Shown: positions 36,001 through 45,088 of the stretch, one piece after another
Position numbering within the stretch: the stretch's first letter is position 1
Layout of the letters: every line of letters starts with the position of its first letter
Origin: Chthoniobacteraceae bacterium
Lineage (GTDB): Bacteria; Verrucomicrobiota; Verrucomicrobiia; Chthoniobacterales; Chthoniobacteraceae
Reading direction: 5' to 3'
Assembly: GCA_044221035.1 (NCBI GenBank)
Contig: JBGAPU010000014.1
Span: forward strand, 7,598-71,597
DNA length: 64,000 nucleotides
Made by a program: the position numbers and the translations under genes
The notes under the pieces: model-generated
What the model was told of the DNA's origin: nothing
Database searches by the model: none
What the model saw: only the letters and a program-made list of their open reading frames with translations

Positions 36001-36609
36001 GCCGCGAGCGGCACCGGCACGTTGGCGGTGAGTTTTTCGGACAGCACCAAGTCCGCCACGATCAATCCCGGCACCGCAAACACCTTCGCCCCCGCCGTCC
36101 TCCGCCTCACGAGCGGCACGCTGCTCCTCGGCGGCTCGAACAAGATTGGCGACACGACTGGCGTGACGATGGGCGGCGGCACGCTGAACACCGGCGGTTT
36201 CAGCGACACGATGGGCCCGCTGATCCTCTCGTCGGATTCCGTGCTGGATTTTGGATCGAGCAACAACGTGCAGCTCCAGTTTTCCTCCGCGACTTGGGCT
36301 GGCGGCACGCTGTCCATCCTGAACTGGACCGGAACCGCCGAGACTTCGGGCAACGCCGACCAGTTCCGCATCTCGTCCGGGCCGGTCAGTTCGGATTTTC
36401 TGAATCATATCTCCTTCGATGGGTTTGCGTCCGGCGGAGTCGCCATCTCGCTCGGCGGCGGGCTCTATGAGATTTCACCGAAAGCCGGACCACTGGGTCC
36501 GCTCACCCCGGTGCCCGAGCCCGCGACGCTTTTCGGCGGGGCCGCGCTGCTGGTATTTGTCGGCTGGCGCGAAAGGCGGCGGCTGAGGGGGCTTTTCACC
36601 GGGACCTGA
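33088..36609 (+). CDS. Giant autotransporter-associated beta-strand-repeat (PATR) protein with PEP-CTERM sorting signal
   Basis: There are tens of 'G.GTL.L.G.NTY.G.T.V..GTL' repeats. The C-terminus 'PVPEPATLFGGAALLVFVGWRERRR' is PEP + TM + basic. An alternative start at 33178 (MLRRRRTPLL...) would give a signal peptide. Confidence 0.85.
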   Translation: MKQRRIFASAHPSDTEAPPANPQREARPQPMLRRRRTPLLVRALLWLFLSHATPWMGRAMANLEKDVLTTATDLTAGASYVGGGTPGATWDVTFMNGAYSATTFTVNSNLGIGTLNVLNSTQALVITSNGSANRTLTLNGGTNVVPGAAAADLIYLAANGRLTIQNGTRTLGLVLASSGNFDTASGSSLIISSVISGNFNLAKTGSGMMTVSGTNTFGGSGRTFTLSGGTLNINAAAALGNASNTFVINGGTTIDNTSGAAITTSNYAVTLNGDFTFAGGGTGTTHDLNLGTGAVTLGTAAGTSRAITVTAANSTLRFGGVIANGTTANAVIKSGAGILTFSGSGANTYSGGTVVTAGTLILTKTAGMNAVGTGTLQIGDGTGGNDSAIVQLGANNQIADTVIVDVGSSGRFNLNNFSETIGGLILNTDTAQAATVVTGTGTLTLGGNVTVNANGTGATGADFTGSLNLGNAARTFAVAAGSSPGAYDFDVNGVVSSTTAASGSVVKAGAGTMRFSGTTANTYTGMTTVNAGTLLLNKSAGVVAVAGGMTIGDGAGGANSDIVRLMANGQIAATAAVLVNGSSGMLDLNGFTQTIGSLADTGTVTAGGSSVNLGSGTLTVGNTTSTVFSGAITGAGGSLIKRGSGTLALGGTNTYTGMTTITAGTLQLRASGAIPAGGNVTILGAALDIAGQSPTVGTITFGDGTATGANSMSDSATVKGSVTLNGDIAYNGTAAHTFQASLITTNLWLSTGVHSLSNPNANYSSVIYDVVLSGVVSGPGGFSKDGTNPLYWVALNAANTYTGVTNVTGGRLYLGVVNAIPLMSAVTVGMDGILILNPTVTENGMVAGNYSQSIGSLAGDGSVTLGSATLTTGNDGTSPTFAGVISGTGAVVKTGTGSQTFSGANTYTGGTTLGGGLLIAGNNAAFSTGSITFNGGGLGSSSGSRLITNGMSVNNVAGNHIGGSQSLTLTGAASGTGTLAVSFSDSTKSATINPGTANTFAPAVLRLTSGTLLLGGSNKIGDTTGVTMGGGTLNTGGFSDTMGPLILSSDSVLDFGSSNNVQLQFSSATWAGGTLSILNWTGTAETSGNADQFRISSGPVSSDFLNHISFDGFASGGVAISLGGGLYEISPKAGPLGPLTPVPEPATLFGGAALLVFVGWRERRRLRGLFTGT

Positions 36610-36688
36610 CGCGGAGCGCCACATTAGCGGTTGGCAGGGTCCGGAGAAAGTGCCGCCTCTGGCACGACGCGTGCATTTGCTCTGCGGC

Positions 36689-37990
36689 ATGAAACCATCC
36701 AAAGCCCTGGGATACGTTTTTCTCGCCGCCGCCATTGGCTGGAGCGGCTTCCGTCTCGCTGAGCTCGCCTACACGAATCTCCCCGTCGGCGCGCCGACCC
36801 CGCAGCAGGCGGCTGTGGTTGCCGTCGCATCGGCGGCGAAGGAGCGCGACACTTTTGCGGTCACGCGGCCCGTGATGCTCGCGGAGGCGCCGGCGGTGGA
36901 AGCCGCCGAGGCCGAGCCGCTGCCGCCCATTGCCGAAGGTCCCGCAGATGCGCTGCGCGCCCTCGACGCAGTTGCGGACACCGTGCCGAAGGAGCCGGCA
37001 AATGTCGTCTTTGAAGAAGCGGACCTCCTCGCTGCCGTGGAGCAGCAGACCATTCAGGCGACGCTCCGCGGCAATGGCCGCGACCGCATGGTCGCGCAGC
37101 TCCGCAACAACAGCCCCACGCCGATGCGCGTCTCCGTTTCCGTCGGGCAGGTGCTTGAAGGCGGGCGCAACCGCGTGGTCGTCACGCGCGGGGCCGCCGC
37201 GGAGATCATGCCCGCGCGCACTGTCGAGCTGAACCTCGTCACCGCAGCGCTGCATTCCTCAAACACCGTCGTCGACGGCGCCTACAAGCTCTCGTATCAG
37301 AATGCCGAGCGCGTCGAGGGATTCCTGAAATGGGCTGATGAGCATGGCGGCCTCTCCGCCCCTGCGATGCAGACGGTGGTGCTGGCGCTCACGGAGAATC
37401 TCCCGCTGCGCTCGGTCGCGAAATTCGCGCCCGCAAACCCCGGCGAATACAACACCGACGCCTTCCGCGTGGAGACGAGCGACCTCATGGCCGCCCTGAA
37501 CGCCCTGCGCGACTGCGGCGCCCGTGTCGAGAACCTCGCCATCGCGACGGACCCGCAGCTCCGCATCGAGGCGATGATCGAGCCGCTCAGCCGCGAGGCC
37601 GCGAAGCGCTACTACGGCATCGCCGAGGAGCGCGAATGGGATTTCTGGAAGCACGAGCTCCTCGAGGGCAGCCCGAGCACGCGCCACTACGCGCTCTTCG
37701 GCATCGCACGTTTCTACCCGGATGTCGCGATGGACATGCTCCCGAAATGGGCGCGCCAGGAGGGCACGCACCCCGTCTACCGCCTCTCCGCCGTGCAGGC
37801 CCTCGCCGACACGCAGCGCCCCGAGGCGCTCCCGATTCTCCGCACGCTCGCCGGCGAACTTGGCGCCACCACCGAGCTCGGCAAAGCCGCCACGCAGGCC
37901 GCGAACTACCTCGACCGCCGTCTCACCGAGCAGTCGAAGCGCCCCGCGTCCGTCGCCTTCCGCGGCCGGACGAATGTGAACGGGCTCTGA
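36689..37990 (+). CDS. Hypothetical protein with N-terminal TM/signal anchor and C-terminal HEAT-like region
   Basis: 'MKPSKALGYVFLAAAIGWSGF' anchor. C-terminal 'HYALFGIARFYPDVAMDML...RLSAVQALADTQRPEALPILRTLA'. Confidence 0.6.
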   Translation: MKPSKALGYVFLAAAIGWSGFRLAELAYTNLPVGAPTPQQAAVVAVASAAKERDTFAVTRPVMLAEAPAVEAAEAEPLPPIAEGPADALRALDAVADTVPKEPANVVFEEADLLAAVEQQTIQATLRGNGRDRMVAQLRNNSPTPMRVSVSVGQVLEGGRNRVVVTRGAAAEIMPARTVELNLVTAALHSSNTVVDGAYKLSYQNAERVEGFLKWADEHGGLSAPAMQTVVLALTENLPLRSVAKFAPANPGEYNTDAFRVETSDLMAALNALRDCGARVENLAIATDPQLRIEAMIEPLSREAAKRYYGIAEEREWDFWKHELLEGSPSTRHYALFGIARFYPDVAMDMLPKWARQEGTHPVYRLSAVQALADTQRPEALPILRTLAGELGATTELGKAATQAANYLDRRLTEQSKRPASVAFRGRTNVNGL

Positions 37991-38015
37991 GTGGAGCGCC
38001 GCCGCCCCGCGGCAG

Positions 38016-38054
38016 AAAAAAGCCGGCACCCGCTTTCGCAGATGCCGGCCTTTT
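38016..38054. terminator. Bidirectional rho-independent terminator
   Basis: A-tract (38016-38021), stem GCCGGCA (38022-38028), 14-nt loop, stem TGCCGGC (38043-38049), T-tract (38051-38054). Lies between convergent genes ending at 37990 and 38084. Confidence 0.65.
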
Positions 38055-38083
38055 GAAAATGCGGAGCTGAATCCGCGGGCGGG

Positions 38084-38605
38084 CTACTTCTTCTTCTCGC
38101 CCTCGGCAGCGGGCTTCTTGCCCTCGCCTTCAGCAGCCTTCTTCTTGGCACCGCCCTCCTTCGGGGCGGCTGCGCCGAACTTCGTGATCTTCACGACTTC
38201 ATAGCCGGAGGCGGTCTTCTTGCGGAGGCCGGAGACCATGTCGCCCTTCTTGATGTCCTCGAACTTCGCGGGCTTGTCGCCGTTGTGGATTTCGGTCGTG
38301 GCGGTCACAGTGTTCACGGACTTCTTCCCGTCCTTGGTAATCTGGGTGATCGTCTTCGCGCTCGCGTCGATCTCGTCGGCGCGGACATACATCGGGATGG
38401 TGTCCTTCTTGGCCTTGGCCTCGCCCTCGGCCTTCGGCTTTGCGGCCTCGGCGGATGCGGCGGGCTTGCCGCTCTCGGCTGCGGGCTTTGCACCGGCCTC
38501 AGCGGGCGCGGCACCTTCCTTCTTCTTCTTCGCCTGGGCGAAGGTGGACTGGCTGCCGGCTGCGAGCGCAGCGGCGAGCGTGAGGGTGAACAGGAGTTTC
38601 TTCAT
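38084..38605 (-). CDS. Secreted Lys/Ala/Glu-rich protein with a small central globular domain
   Basis: Signal peptide 'MKKLLFTLTLAAALAAGSQSTFAQA'. Low-complexity KKKEGAAPAEAGAKPAA flanks surround the core 'IPMYVRADEID..TVTATTEIHNGDKPAKFEDIKKGDMVSG'. Confidence 0.65.
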   Translation of the reverse strand: MKKLLFTLTLAAALAAGSQSTFAQAKKKKEGAAPAEAGAKPAAESGKPAASAEAAKPKAEGEAKAKKDTIPMYVRADEIDASAKTITQITKDGKKSVNTVTATTEIHNGDKPAKFEDIKKGDMVSGLRKKTASGYEVVKITKFGAAAPKEGGAKKKAAEGEGKKPAAEGEKKK

Positions 38606-38796
38606 GTTGTTTGTTCTTGGGTTTGTTGTTTCGGGAGTCGATGGAACCGCGTCGAGCGATGCCTTCGCTTCCTTGGCGCGCGATGGGAGTGGAAAGTTAG
38701 GATGCCGTCAAGATGCGAAAATTCCGCAATCGTCATGCTCGGGACAAATTGGACGATGCGGACAAACCGCGCCGCTTCTGCTATTCCCCTCCCGCC

Positions 38797-40389
38797 ATGA
38801 AGAAACTTCCCCTCGCCCTCGTCGCGTTCATCGCCCTCCTTTCGTCATTCGTCATCCGTCATTCGGCATTCGCGGCCGACGCCGCGCCCGCGCGCCCGAA
38901 CATCCTCTTCATCATCTTCGACGACTGGAACGGCAGCACGCATGCCGGAGCCTACGGCTGCAAGTGGATCCAGACTCCGAACTTCGACCGCATCGCGCGC
39001 GAGGGCATCCTGTTCAAGAACGCCTTCACCTCGAACCCCAAGTGCAGCCCGTGCCGCGCCAGCATCCTCACCGGGCGCAACACGTGGCAGCTCAACGAGG
39101 CCGTGTCGCACGGCGGCTATTTCCCGGCGGGTTTCGAGACGTATCCCGACCTGCTGGAGAAAGGCGGATACGCGGTGGGACTCACGGGCAAGGGCTGGGG
39201 GCCGGGCGACTTCAAGACGCTCGCCAAGCGCACGCGCAACCCCGCGGGCCCGAGCTTCGACGCCAAGACGCAGGAGCCCGTCGCGAAGGGCATCGGCAAG
39301 CTCGACTACCCGGCAAACTTCGGCGACTTCCTCGCGCAGCGTGACAAGTCGAAGCCCTTCTGCTTCTGGATGGGCTTCCACGAGCCGCACCGGCAATACG
39401 AGTGGAATTCGGGCGTCCGCCTCGGCAAGAAGCTGGAGGACGTCGTGGTGCCGAAATTCCTGCCCGACACCGAAATCGTCCGCCGCGACCTGCTCGACTA
39501 CTCCGTCGAGGTGGAATGGGGCGACGCGCAAATCGGCCGCGCGCTGAAACTCCTCGAGGAGGCCGGCGTGCTCGATGACACGCTCATCGTCGTCACGTCC
39601 GACCACGGCATGCCGTTCCCCTTTGTGAAGGGCCAGATCCACGAGGACGCCTTTCACCTCCCGCTCGCGATGCGCTGGGGCAAGGGCATCAAGCCCGGCC
39701 GCGTCGTCGAGGACTTCGTGAACATGCGCGACCTTGCGCCCACCTACATGGAACTCGCCGGCCTCAAGCCTCACGCGCAGATGACCGGCAAGTCGCTCGC
39801 CGCCATTCTGCGCTCGGAAAAATCCGGCTTCGTCGAGGGCCGCGACACCATGCTCGCCGGCAAGGAGCGCCACGACATCGGCCGTCCGAACGACATGGGC
39901 TACCCGGTGCGCTGCCTGCGCACGAAGGACTTCCTCTACGTCCACAACTTCCACCCCGAGCGCTGGCCTGTCGGCAACCCCGAGACCGATTTCGGCAACT
40001 GCGATCCCAGCCCCACGAAGGAAGTCGTGAAAGCCCTCGGCGGTCATTTCTACGAGCTGTGCTTCGGCAAGCGCCCCGCCGACGAACTCTACGACCTCCG
40101 CCGCGACCCCGAGTGCGTGAACAACCTCGCCGCCGACCTCGCCTTCGCCTCTGTGCTCGACGACATGCGCTACAACCTCATGCGCCTGCTGAAGGAGGAC
40201 GGCGATGCGCGCGCCGCCGGCAAGGGCGACGACTTCGAGTCGCTCAAATACGTCGGTGGCCGCACGAAGGGCTACGAGACGTGGCTGAAGGAGCAGGAGG
40301 CGACGACCCTTGCCGAGCTGAAGAAGAAGCTCGATGAAGGGACCGCGAACATGGGGAAGAAAAAGAAGAAGGGCGCGGCTGCGGATTGA
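38797..40389 (+). CDS. Formylglycine-dependent sulfatase (N-sulfoglucosamine sulfohydrolase-like)
   Basis: Signal peptide from ATG 38797. 'NILFIIFDDW'. Fgly motif 'CSPCRASILTGR'. 'VVTSDHGMPFP'. Confidence 0.9.
   Translation: MKKLPLALVAFIALLSSFVIRHSAFAADAAPARPNILFIIFDDWNGSTHAGAYGCKWIQTPNFDRIAREGILFKNAFTSNPKCSPCRASILTGRNTWQLNEAVSHGGYFPAGFETYPDLLEKGGYAVGLTGKGWGPGDFKTLAKRTRNPAGPSFDAKTQEPVAKGIGKLDYPANFGDFLAQRDKSKPFCFWMGFHEPHRQYEWNSGVRLGKKLEDVVVPKFLPDTEIVRRDLLDYSVEVEWGDAQIGRALKLLEEAGVLDDTLIVVTSDHGMPFPFVKGQIHEDAFHLPLAMRWGKGIKPGRVVEDFVNMRDLAPTYMELAGLKPHAQMTGKSLAAILRSEKSGFVEGRDTMLAGKERHDIGRPNDMGYPVRCLRTKDFLYVHNFHPERWPVGNPETDFGNCDPSPTKEVVKALGGHFYELCFGKRPADELYDLRRDPECVNNLAADLAFASVLDDMRYNLMRLLKEDGDARAAGKGDDFESLKYVGGRTKGYETWLKEQEATTLAELKKKLDEGTANMGKKKKKGAAAD
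38844..38871. repeat. Four GTCATTC-type heptads inside the sulfatase signal-peptide coding region
   Basis: GTCATTC GTCATCC GTCATTC GGCATTC encodes 'SFVIRHSAF'. The same heptad family occurs at 6612-6622, 6705-6720 and 15097-15136. Confidence 0.7.
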
Positions 40390-40394
40390 CCCCG

Positions 40395-41003
40395 ATGTCG
40401 AAGATCGACCTCAAGAAGGAGCTGAAGGCGCTCTACAAAACCTCTGCAAAAGAAGTGGTGCAAGTGACGGTGCCGCCGCTCCGTTACCTGATGATTGACG
40501 GCAGGGGCGACCCGAACTCGTCGCAAGCATATGCCGACGCCGTTGCGGCTCTTTTCTCGGTGTCCTACGCGGTGAAGTTTGCCGTGAAGAGGGGGCCTCA
40601 GAAAATCGATTACTCCGTGATGCCGCTCGAAGGGCTGTGGTGGGCGGATGATTGGTCCGCATTCGTCGCGGGCGACAAGGCGAACTGGAATTGGACCATG
40701 ATGATTTTGCAGCCGTCGTTTGTCGCCGATGCGACCATCGCGAAGGCCATCGCGGATGTCCGCCTGAAGAAGGGCCTTCCCGCGCTGGACAAACTGCGGC
40801 TGGAGGAGTTTTCCGAGGGCCGATGCGCGCAGATTCTGCACATCGGCCCCTTCTCAGCCGAGGGTCCGACGATCGAGAGGCTGCATGAGCATATCCTGAG
40901 TCACGGAAGCCTCGCCGGGAAACACCACGAGATTTATCTGACGGACATCCGGCGAGCCGCCCCGTCGAAATGGAAGACGATTCTGCGGCAGCCAATGAAG
41001 TGA
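40395..41003 (+). CDS. GyrI-like small-molecule-binding domain protein
   Basis: 'YLMIDGRGDPNSS..Y..AV.ALFSVSYAVKF...MPLEGLWWADD...HHEIYLTDIRRAAPSKWKTILRQP'. ATG at 40395, with TTG at 40386 as an alternative. Confidence 0.75.
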   Translation: MSKIDLKKELKALYKTSAKEVVQVTVPPLRYLMIDGRGDPNSSQAYADAVAALFSVSYAVKFAVKRGPQKIDYSVMPLEGLWWADDWSAFVAGDKANWNWTMMILQPSFVADATIAKAIADVRLKKGLPALDKLRLEEFSEGRCAQILHIGPFSAEGPTIERLHEHILSHGSLAGKHHEIYLTDIRRAAPSKWKTILRQPMK

Positions 41004-41092
41004 GGGCTGAAGGTGCCATGAGTCGCCGGCGTGTGCGCGTCCCGGACGGAGGCTGTTGATTTTAGCCCCGCCGTGCGCTGTGCTCGCCGCGC

Positions 41093-41854
41093 ATGAAGCT
41101 CATTTCCTGGAACGTGAACGGCATCCGCGCGGTGCTGAAGAAAGGATTTCTCGATTTCCTCGCCGCGGAGAAGCCGGACATCATGTGCGTGCAGGAGACG
41201 AAGGCGCACCCGGACGACGTGGAGGCGGAATGGCCTGGCTACGAGGCGCACTGGAACTGGGCCGAGAAGAAGGGCTACTCCGGCGTGCTTACGCTTTCGC
41301 GCCAGAAGCCGCTCTCCGTGCAGCGCGGCATGGGTGTGCTCGATCACGACCGCGAGGGTCGCGTGCTGGCGACGGAGTTCGCGGATTTCTTCCTCGTGAA
41401 CGTCTATGTGCCGAACTCAAAGCGTGAGCTGACGCGCCTGCCCTATCGCCAGACGTGGGACCGCGATTTCCTCGCGTGGCTGAAGTCGCTCGAGCGCGCG
41501 AAGCCGGTGGTTTTCTGCGGCGACCTGAATGTGGCGCACGCGGAGATCGACCTCGCGCGGCCGAAGGACAACGTGAAGAACCACGGTTTCACCCCTGAGG
41601 AGCGTGCGGGTTTCAGCGCGTTTGTGGACGCCGGATTCGTGGACACGTTCCGCGAGTTTGAGAAGGCCGGCGGGCACTACACGTGGTGGAGCCAGATGGG
41701 CACGGCACGCGCGCGGAACATCGGCTGGCGCATCGACTACTTCCTCGCCTCCGCCGCGCTGCGCCCGCGGCTGAAGTCAGCGCACATCTACCCGCACATC
41801 ACCGGCTCCGACCACTGTCCGGTGGGGCTGGAATTGAAGCGCGGGAGAAAGTAG
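41093..41854 (+). CDS. xth: Exodeoxyribonuclease III
   Basis: 'MKLISWNVNGIRAVLKKGFLDFL..PDIMCVQETK', 'GDLNVAHAEIDL', 'YTWWS..ARARNIGWRIDYFL', 'SDHCPV'. Confidence 0.9.
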   Translation: MKLISWNVNGIRAVLKKGFLDFLAAEKPDIMCVQETKAHPDDVEAEWPGYEAHWNWAEKKGYSGVLTLSRQKPLSVQRGMGVLDHDREGRVLATEFADFFLVNVYVPNSKRELTRLPYRQTWDRDFLAWLKSLERAKPVVFCGDLNVAHAEIDLARPKDNVKNHGFTPEERAGFSAFVDAGFVDTFREFEKAGGHYTWWSQMGTARARNIGWRIDYFLASAALRPRLKSAHIYPHITGSDHCPVGLELKRGRK

Positions 41855-41878
41855 CGGCCGTCGGCCGCTGCGGATGGG

Positions 41879-42178
41879 CTAAAGGCGAGGCGCCTTCTCG
41901 AGGATGCTGGCGAACTGCGCGGAGTCGAACGCACGGAGGATCTGCGTGTGGACGTTTCCGAGCGAGGAGAGGGCAAGCATCGCGCTCGCGGCGGCCTCGT
42001 CGTTGTGCGCCTCAAAAACGATCACGCCGTCGAATGCGCCGAGCGTCCAGTAGATCTCGCGGACTTTCACGCCCGACTTCTTCGCGGCGGACTTGAATGC
42101 GCCGGCGCGGTGCGGCGACTCGTGGACGTTCTGCAGCCCCTGCTGGGTGAAGTTGAGGAGGGCGATGTAGCTGGTCAT
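41879..42178 (-). CDS. GYD-domain protein
   Basis: 99 aa from ATG 42178, 'MTSYIALLNFTQQGLQNVHESPHRAGAFKSAAKKSGVKVREIYWTLGAFDGVIVFEAHNDE'. Confidence 0.75.
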   Translation of the reverse strand: MTSYIALLNFTQQGLQNVHESPHRAGAFKSAAKKSGVKVREIYWTLGAFDGVIVFEAHNDEAAASAMLALSSLGNVHTQILRAFDSAQFASILEKAPRL

Positions 42179-42347
42179 GGGAGCGGTTGGTTTGGGATTG
42201 AGCGCGGGAACTGGTCGCTCCCGCAGCCATAACGAAGCACGGCGCCCATGGGCCGCCTCCACGGAAATTGGCACTCGCTGCACCACGCTTGCATTTCAGC
42301 GGCACAATCGTCTCCACAACGACGGCGTCCGTGCGCAGAGTGCGCCG

Positions 42348-42965
42348 ATGTCGTCGCGCGTGCTCATCCTATTCGCCCACCCGGCGCTGCAGAAATCGCG
42401 TGCGCACCGCGTGCTCGCCGAGGCGGTTTCGCCGCTCCCCGGTGTCACGTTCCATGACCTCTACGAGCGCTACCCGGACTTTTTCATCGACGCGAAGGCC
42501 GAGCAGGGGCTGCTCCGGGCGCACGACGTGATCGTCTTCCAGCATCCCTTCTACTGGTATTCCGCGCCGGCGATCGTGAAGGAGTGGCAGGACCACGTGC
42601 TGCAGCACGGCTTCGCCTACGGGGCCGGCGGCGATGCGCTGCGCGGAAAGGTCACGTTCTCAGTGCTGACGACCGGTGGGTCGGAGGAGTCCTACCGCGC
42701 GGATTCCCGCGAGCATTTCACGGTGCGTCAGCTCCTCGCTCCGTTTGAGCAGACTGCGCGGCAGTGCGGCATGGACTACCTGCCGCCGTGCGTCTTTCAC
42801 GGCACAGATGCGCTCGATGAGGCGGGCCTTTCCGCGGTCGCGTCCGAATACGCCCGGCTGATCTCAGCTCTGCGGGATGCAACGCTCGACCTCGACGCGG
42901 CGCGGCGCAGTGACCGGCTGAACTCGGAAATCGAGCAACTCATCACGGGGCGCGGCGCGGCATGA
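42348..42965 (+). CDS. kefG: Glutathione-regulated K+ efflux ancillary protein (flavodoxin-like quinone oxidoreductase)
   Basis: 'VLILFAHP..VTFHDLYERYPDFFIDAKAEQGLLRAHDVIVFQHPFYWYSAPAIVKEWQDHVLQHGFAYG' closely follows E. coli KefG. ATGA overlap with the next gene. Confidence 0.8.
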   Translation: MSSRVLILFAHPALQKSRAHRVLAEAVSPLPGVTFHDLYERYPDFFIDAKAEQGLLRAHDVIVFQHPFYWYSAPAIVKEWQDHVLQHGFAYGAGGDALRGKVTFSVLTTGGSEESYRADSREHFTVRQLLAPFEQTARQCGMDYLPPCVFHGTDALDEAGLSAVASEYARLISALRDATLDLDAARRSDRLNSEIEQLITGRGAA

Positions 42966-44824
42966 GGGACAGCTTTCTTTTCCAAGCCTTTGTCTATCTG
43001 CTCGCGGCGGTGATCGCAGTGCCGATTGCGAAGCGCCTCGGCCTCGGCTCGGTGCTTGGTTACTTGCTGGCAGGCGTGGCCATCGGGCCGTCGGGCCTCG
43101 GTCTCATCGGCGGGACGGGCAACGCGATGCACTTCGGCGAATTCGGCGTGGTGATGATGCTCTTTCTCATCGGCCTCGAGCTGAAGCCCGCGCTGCTCTG
43201 GCGCATGCGCGGGCCGATTCTTGGCATGGGCGGAATGCAGATGCTCGGCACGGCGCTCGCGGTGCTGGTGGTCGCCGCGCTCCTTGGCCGCGATTGGCGC
43301 GAAGCTCTCGCCGTGGGGTTCATCATCGCGATGTCGTCAACGGCGATCATCCTGCAGACGCTCGCGGAGAAGGGTCTGCTGAAGACGCGCGGAGGGCAGT
43401 CGTGCTTCTCGGTGCTGCTCTTCCAGGACATCGCGGTCATTCCCCTGCTCGCGTTGCTCCCGCTCCTCGCGCTGAGCGGCGGGTCGGCGGCGGATGCGGG
43501 ACACTTCGAGAAGCCGCTCGCGCACCTGCCTCGCTGGGCGCAGGCGCTGGCGACCTTTGGCGCCGTGGCGCTCATCGTGGTCGGCGGGCGGTTCCTGCTG
43601 CGCCCAGTGTTCCGCTTCATCGCCGGCACGAAGCTGCGCGAAGCCTTCACTTCGGCCACCCTGCTGCTCGTCGTGGGCATCGCGCTGCTGATGGATTTCG
43701 TCGGCCTCTCGGCTGCGCTTGGCACATTCCTCGCAGGCGTGGTGCTCGCGGACAGCGAATACCGCCATGAACTGGAGGCCGACATCGAACCGTTCAAGGG
43801 CCTGCTCCTCGGTCTGTTCTTCCTCTCGGTCGGCAGCGGGATCGATTTTGCACTGGTCGCCGCAAACCCGGGTCGCATCGCGCTCCTCGTGGCGGGGTTG
43901 ATCGCGCTGAAATTTGCGGTGCTGCTTCCGGTCGCGCGCCTCTTTCGCAGCGACTGGGGAGAGAGCCTCCTCTTCGCGCTCGCGATGGCGCAGGGCGGCG
44001 AGTTCTGCTTCGTGCTGTTTTCGTTCTGCGAGTCGCACGGTGTGCTCGATGTCTCCGTGACGAAGCCGCTCACGGCCGCCGTCGCGCTTTCCATGGCGTT
44101 CACGCCGCTGCTGTTCGTGCTCTATGAGAAGGCCGTGGCGCCGCGCTTCGTGCGCAGGAAAAAATCGCGGGAACCCGATGCGGTGGAGGACCACGAGCAT
44201 CCCGTCATCCTGGCGGGCTTCGGGCGTTTCGGCCACGTTGTCGGCCGCCTGCTGCGGGCAAATGGCTTCGGTGTGACGGTGCTCGACAACGACGCGGACC
44301 AGGTGGACCTCCTCGCGAAATTCGGCCTCCAGAGTTTCTACGGTGACGCCTCGCGGATTGACCTGCTGCACGCCGCAGGTGCCGGGAAGGCGCGTCTTTT
44401 TGTGCTGGCGATCGACGACGAGGAGCGCTCGCTCGGCATCGTCCGCACGGTGCGGCGTGAGTTTCCGCACCTCCGAATCCTGGCCCGCGCCGTGAGCCGT
44501 CAGCACGCCTACGAGCTCATTCGTGCGGGAGTGGCGGAGGTGTATCGCGAGACGCTCGGCAGCGCCGTGGACCTGAGCATCGATGCGCTCCGCGCGCTCG
44601 GAGTGAGGGGGGCGGAGGCGCTGCGGGCGGCGCGCATCTTCAAGCAGCACGATGAGGCGGCGCTGCGGGACATGGCGCACATGCAGGAGATTGACGGCGC
44701 CTATGTCACCCGGGCCCGCCAGCACATCGAGAACCTCGATCGCATCCTGCAAAGCGACCGCCTCACGGCGAAGGACCCCACCGGGAACGCGTGGGCTTCC
44801 AAGCCGCCGGAGAAGTCTGCGTAG
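42962..44824 (+). CDS. kefB: CPA2-family K+/H+ antiporter with RCK/TrkA-N domain (KefB/KefC type)
   Basis: About 12 TM segments, 'LFLIGLELK', 'ALGTFLAGVVLADSEYRHELE', then Rossmann-type 'VILAGFGRFGHVVGRLL'. Confidence 0.85.
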   Translation: MRDSFLFQAFVYLLAAVIAVPIAKRLGLGSVLGYLLAGVAIGPSGLGLIGGTGNAMHFGEFGVVMMLFLIGLELKPALLWRMRGPILGMGGMQMLGTALAVLVVAALLGRDWREALAVGFIIAMSSTAIILQTLAEKGLLKTRGGQSCFSVLLFQDIAVIPLLALLPLLALSGGSAADAGHFEKPLAHLPRWAQALATFGAVALIVVGGRFLLRPVFRFIAGTKLREAFTSATLLLVVGIALLMDFVGLSAALGTFLAGVVLADSEYRHELEADIEPFKGLLLGLFFLSVGSGIDFALVAANPGRIALLVAGLIALKFAVLLPVARLFRSDWGESLLFALAMAQGGEFCFVLFSFCESHGVLDVSVTKPLTAAVALSMAFTPLLFVLYEKAVAPRFVRRKKSREPDAVEDHEHPVILAGFGRFGHVVGRLLRANGFGVTVLDNDADQVDLLAKFGLQSFYGDASRIDLLHAAGAGKARLFVLAIDDEERSLGIVRTVRREFPHLRILARAVSRQHAYELIRAGVAEVYRETLGSAVDLSIDALRALGVRGAEALRAARIFKQHDEAALRDMAHMQEIDGAYVTRARQHIENLDRILQSDRLTAKDPTGNAWASKPPEKSA

Positions 44825-45088
44825 GCGCGGTCCGGCGCGCGTCGACCCATCCAAGAAATGGCTCGCGGCGGGCGCCCCGGGGCATACATTCGCCGCCGAC
44901 GAACACATGGCATGAACCCGTGCGTCTCCAGCACTCAACCGCGGTTTTTCGAGGAGCGGCTTTCGCCTCCGGCGCGGCGGTTGAATTGTGTCCTGACCGG
45001 CTTCTTTTACTGCAAATCCCAAACTCCGGTGCCCTGCGACCTCCTCGGCCGGAGCTGACCGCACAAACCCACATTAAAGGAGACAGCC

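Noticed and set aside
38220-39344. 374-aa + strand ORF bridging the Lys-rich gene and the sulfatase
   Set aside because: It is out of frame with the sulfatase and antisense to 38084-38605. The sulfatase frame carries the Fgly and metal-site motifs.
44825-45088. Small ORFs upstream of the cyclase (for example 44858-45058) as a possible chaperone or secretion partner
   Set aside because: They are Arg/Pro-rich, have no ribosome-binding site, and overlap each other in several frames. The region is more likely an untranslated promoter or leader.
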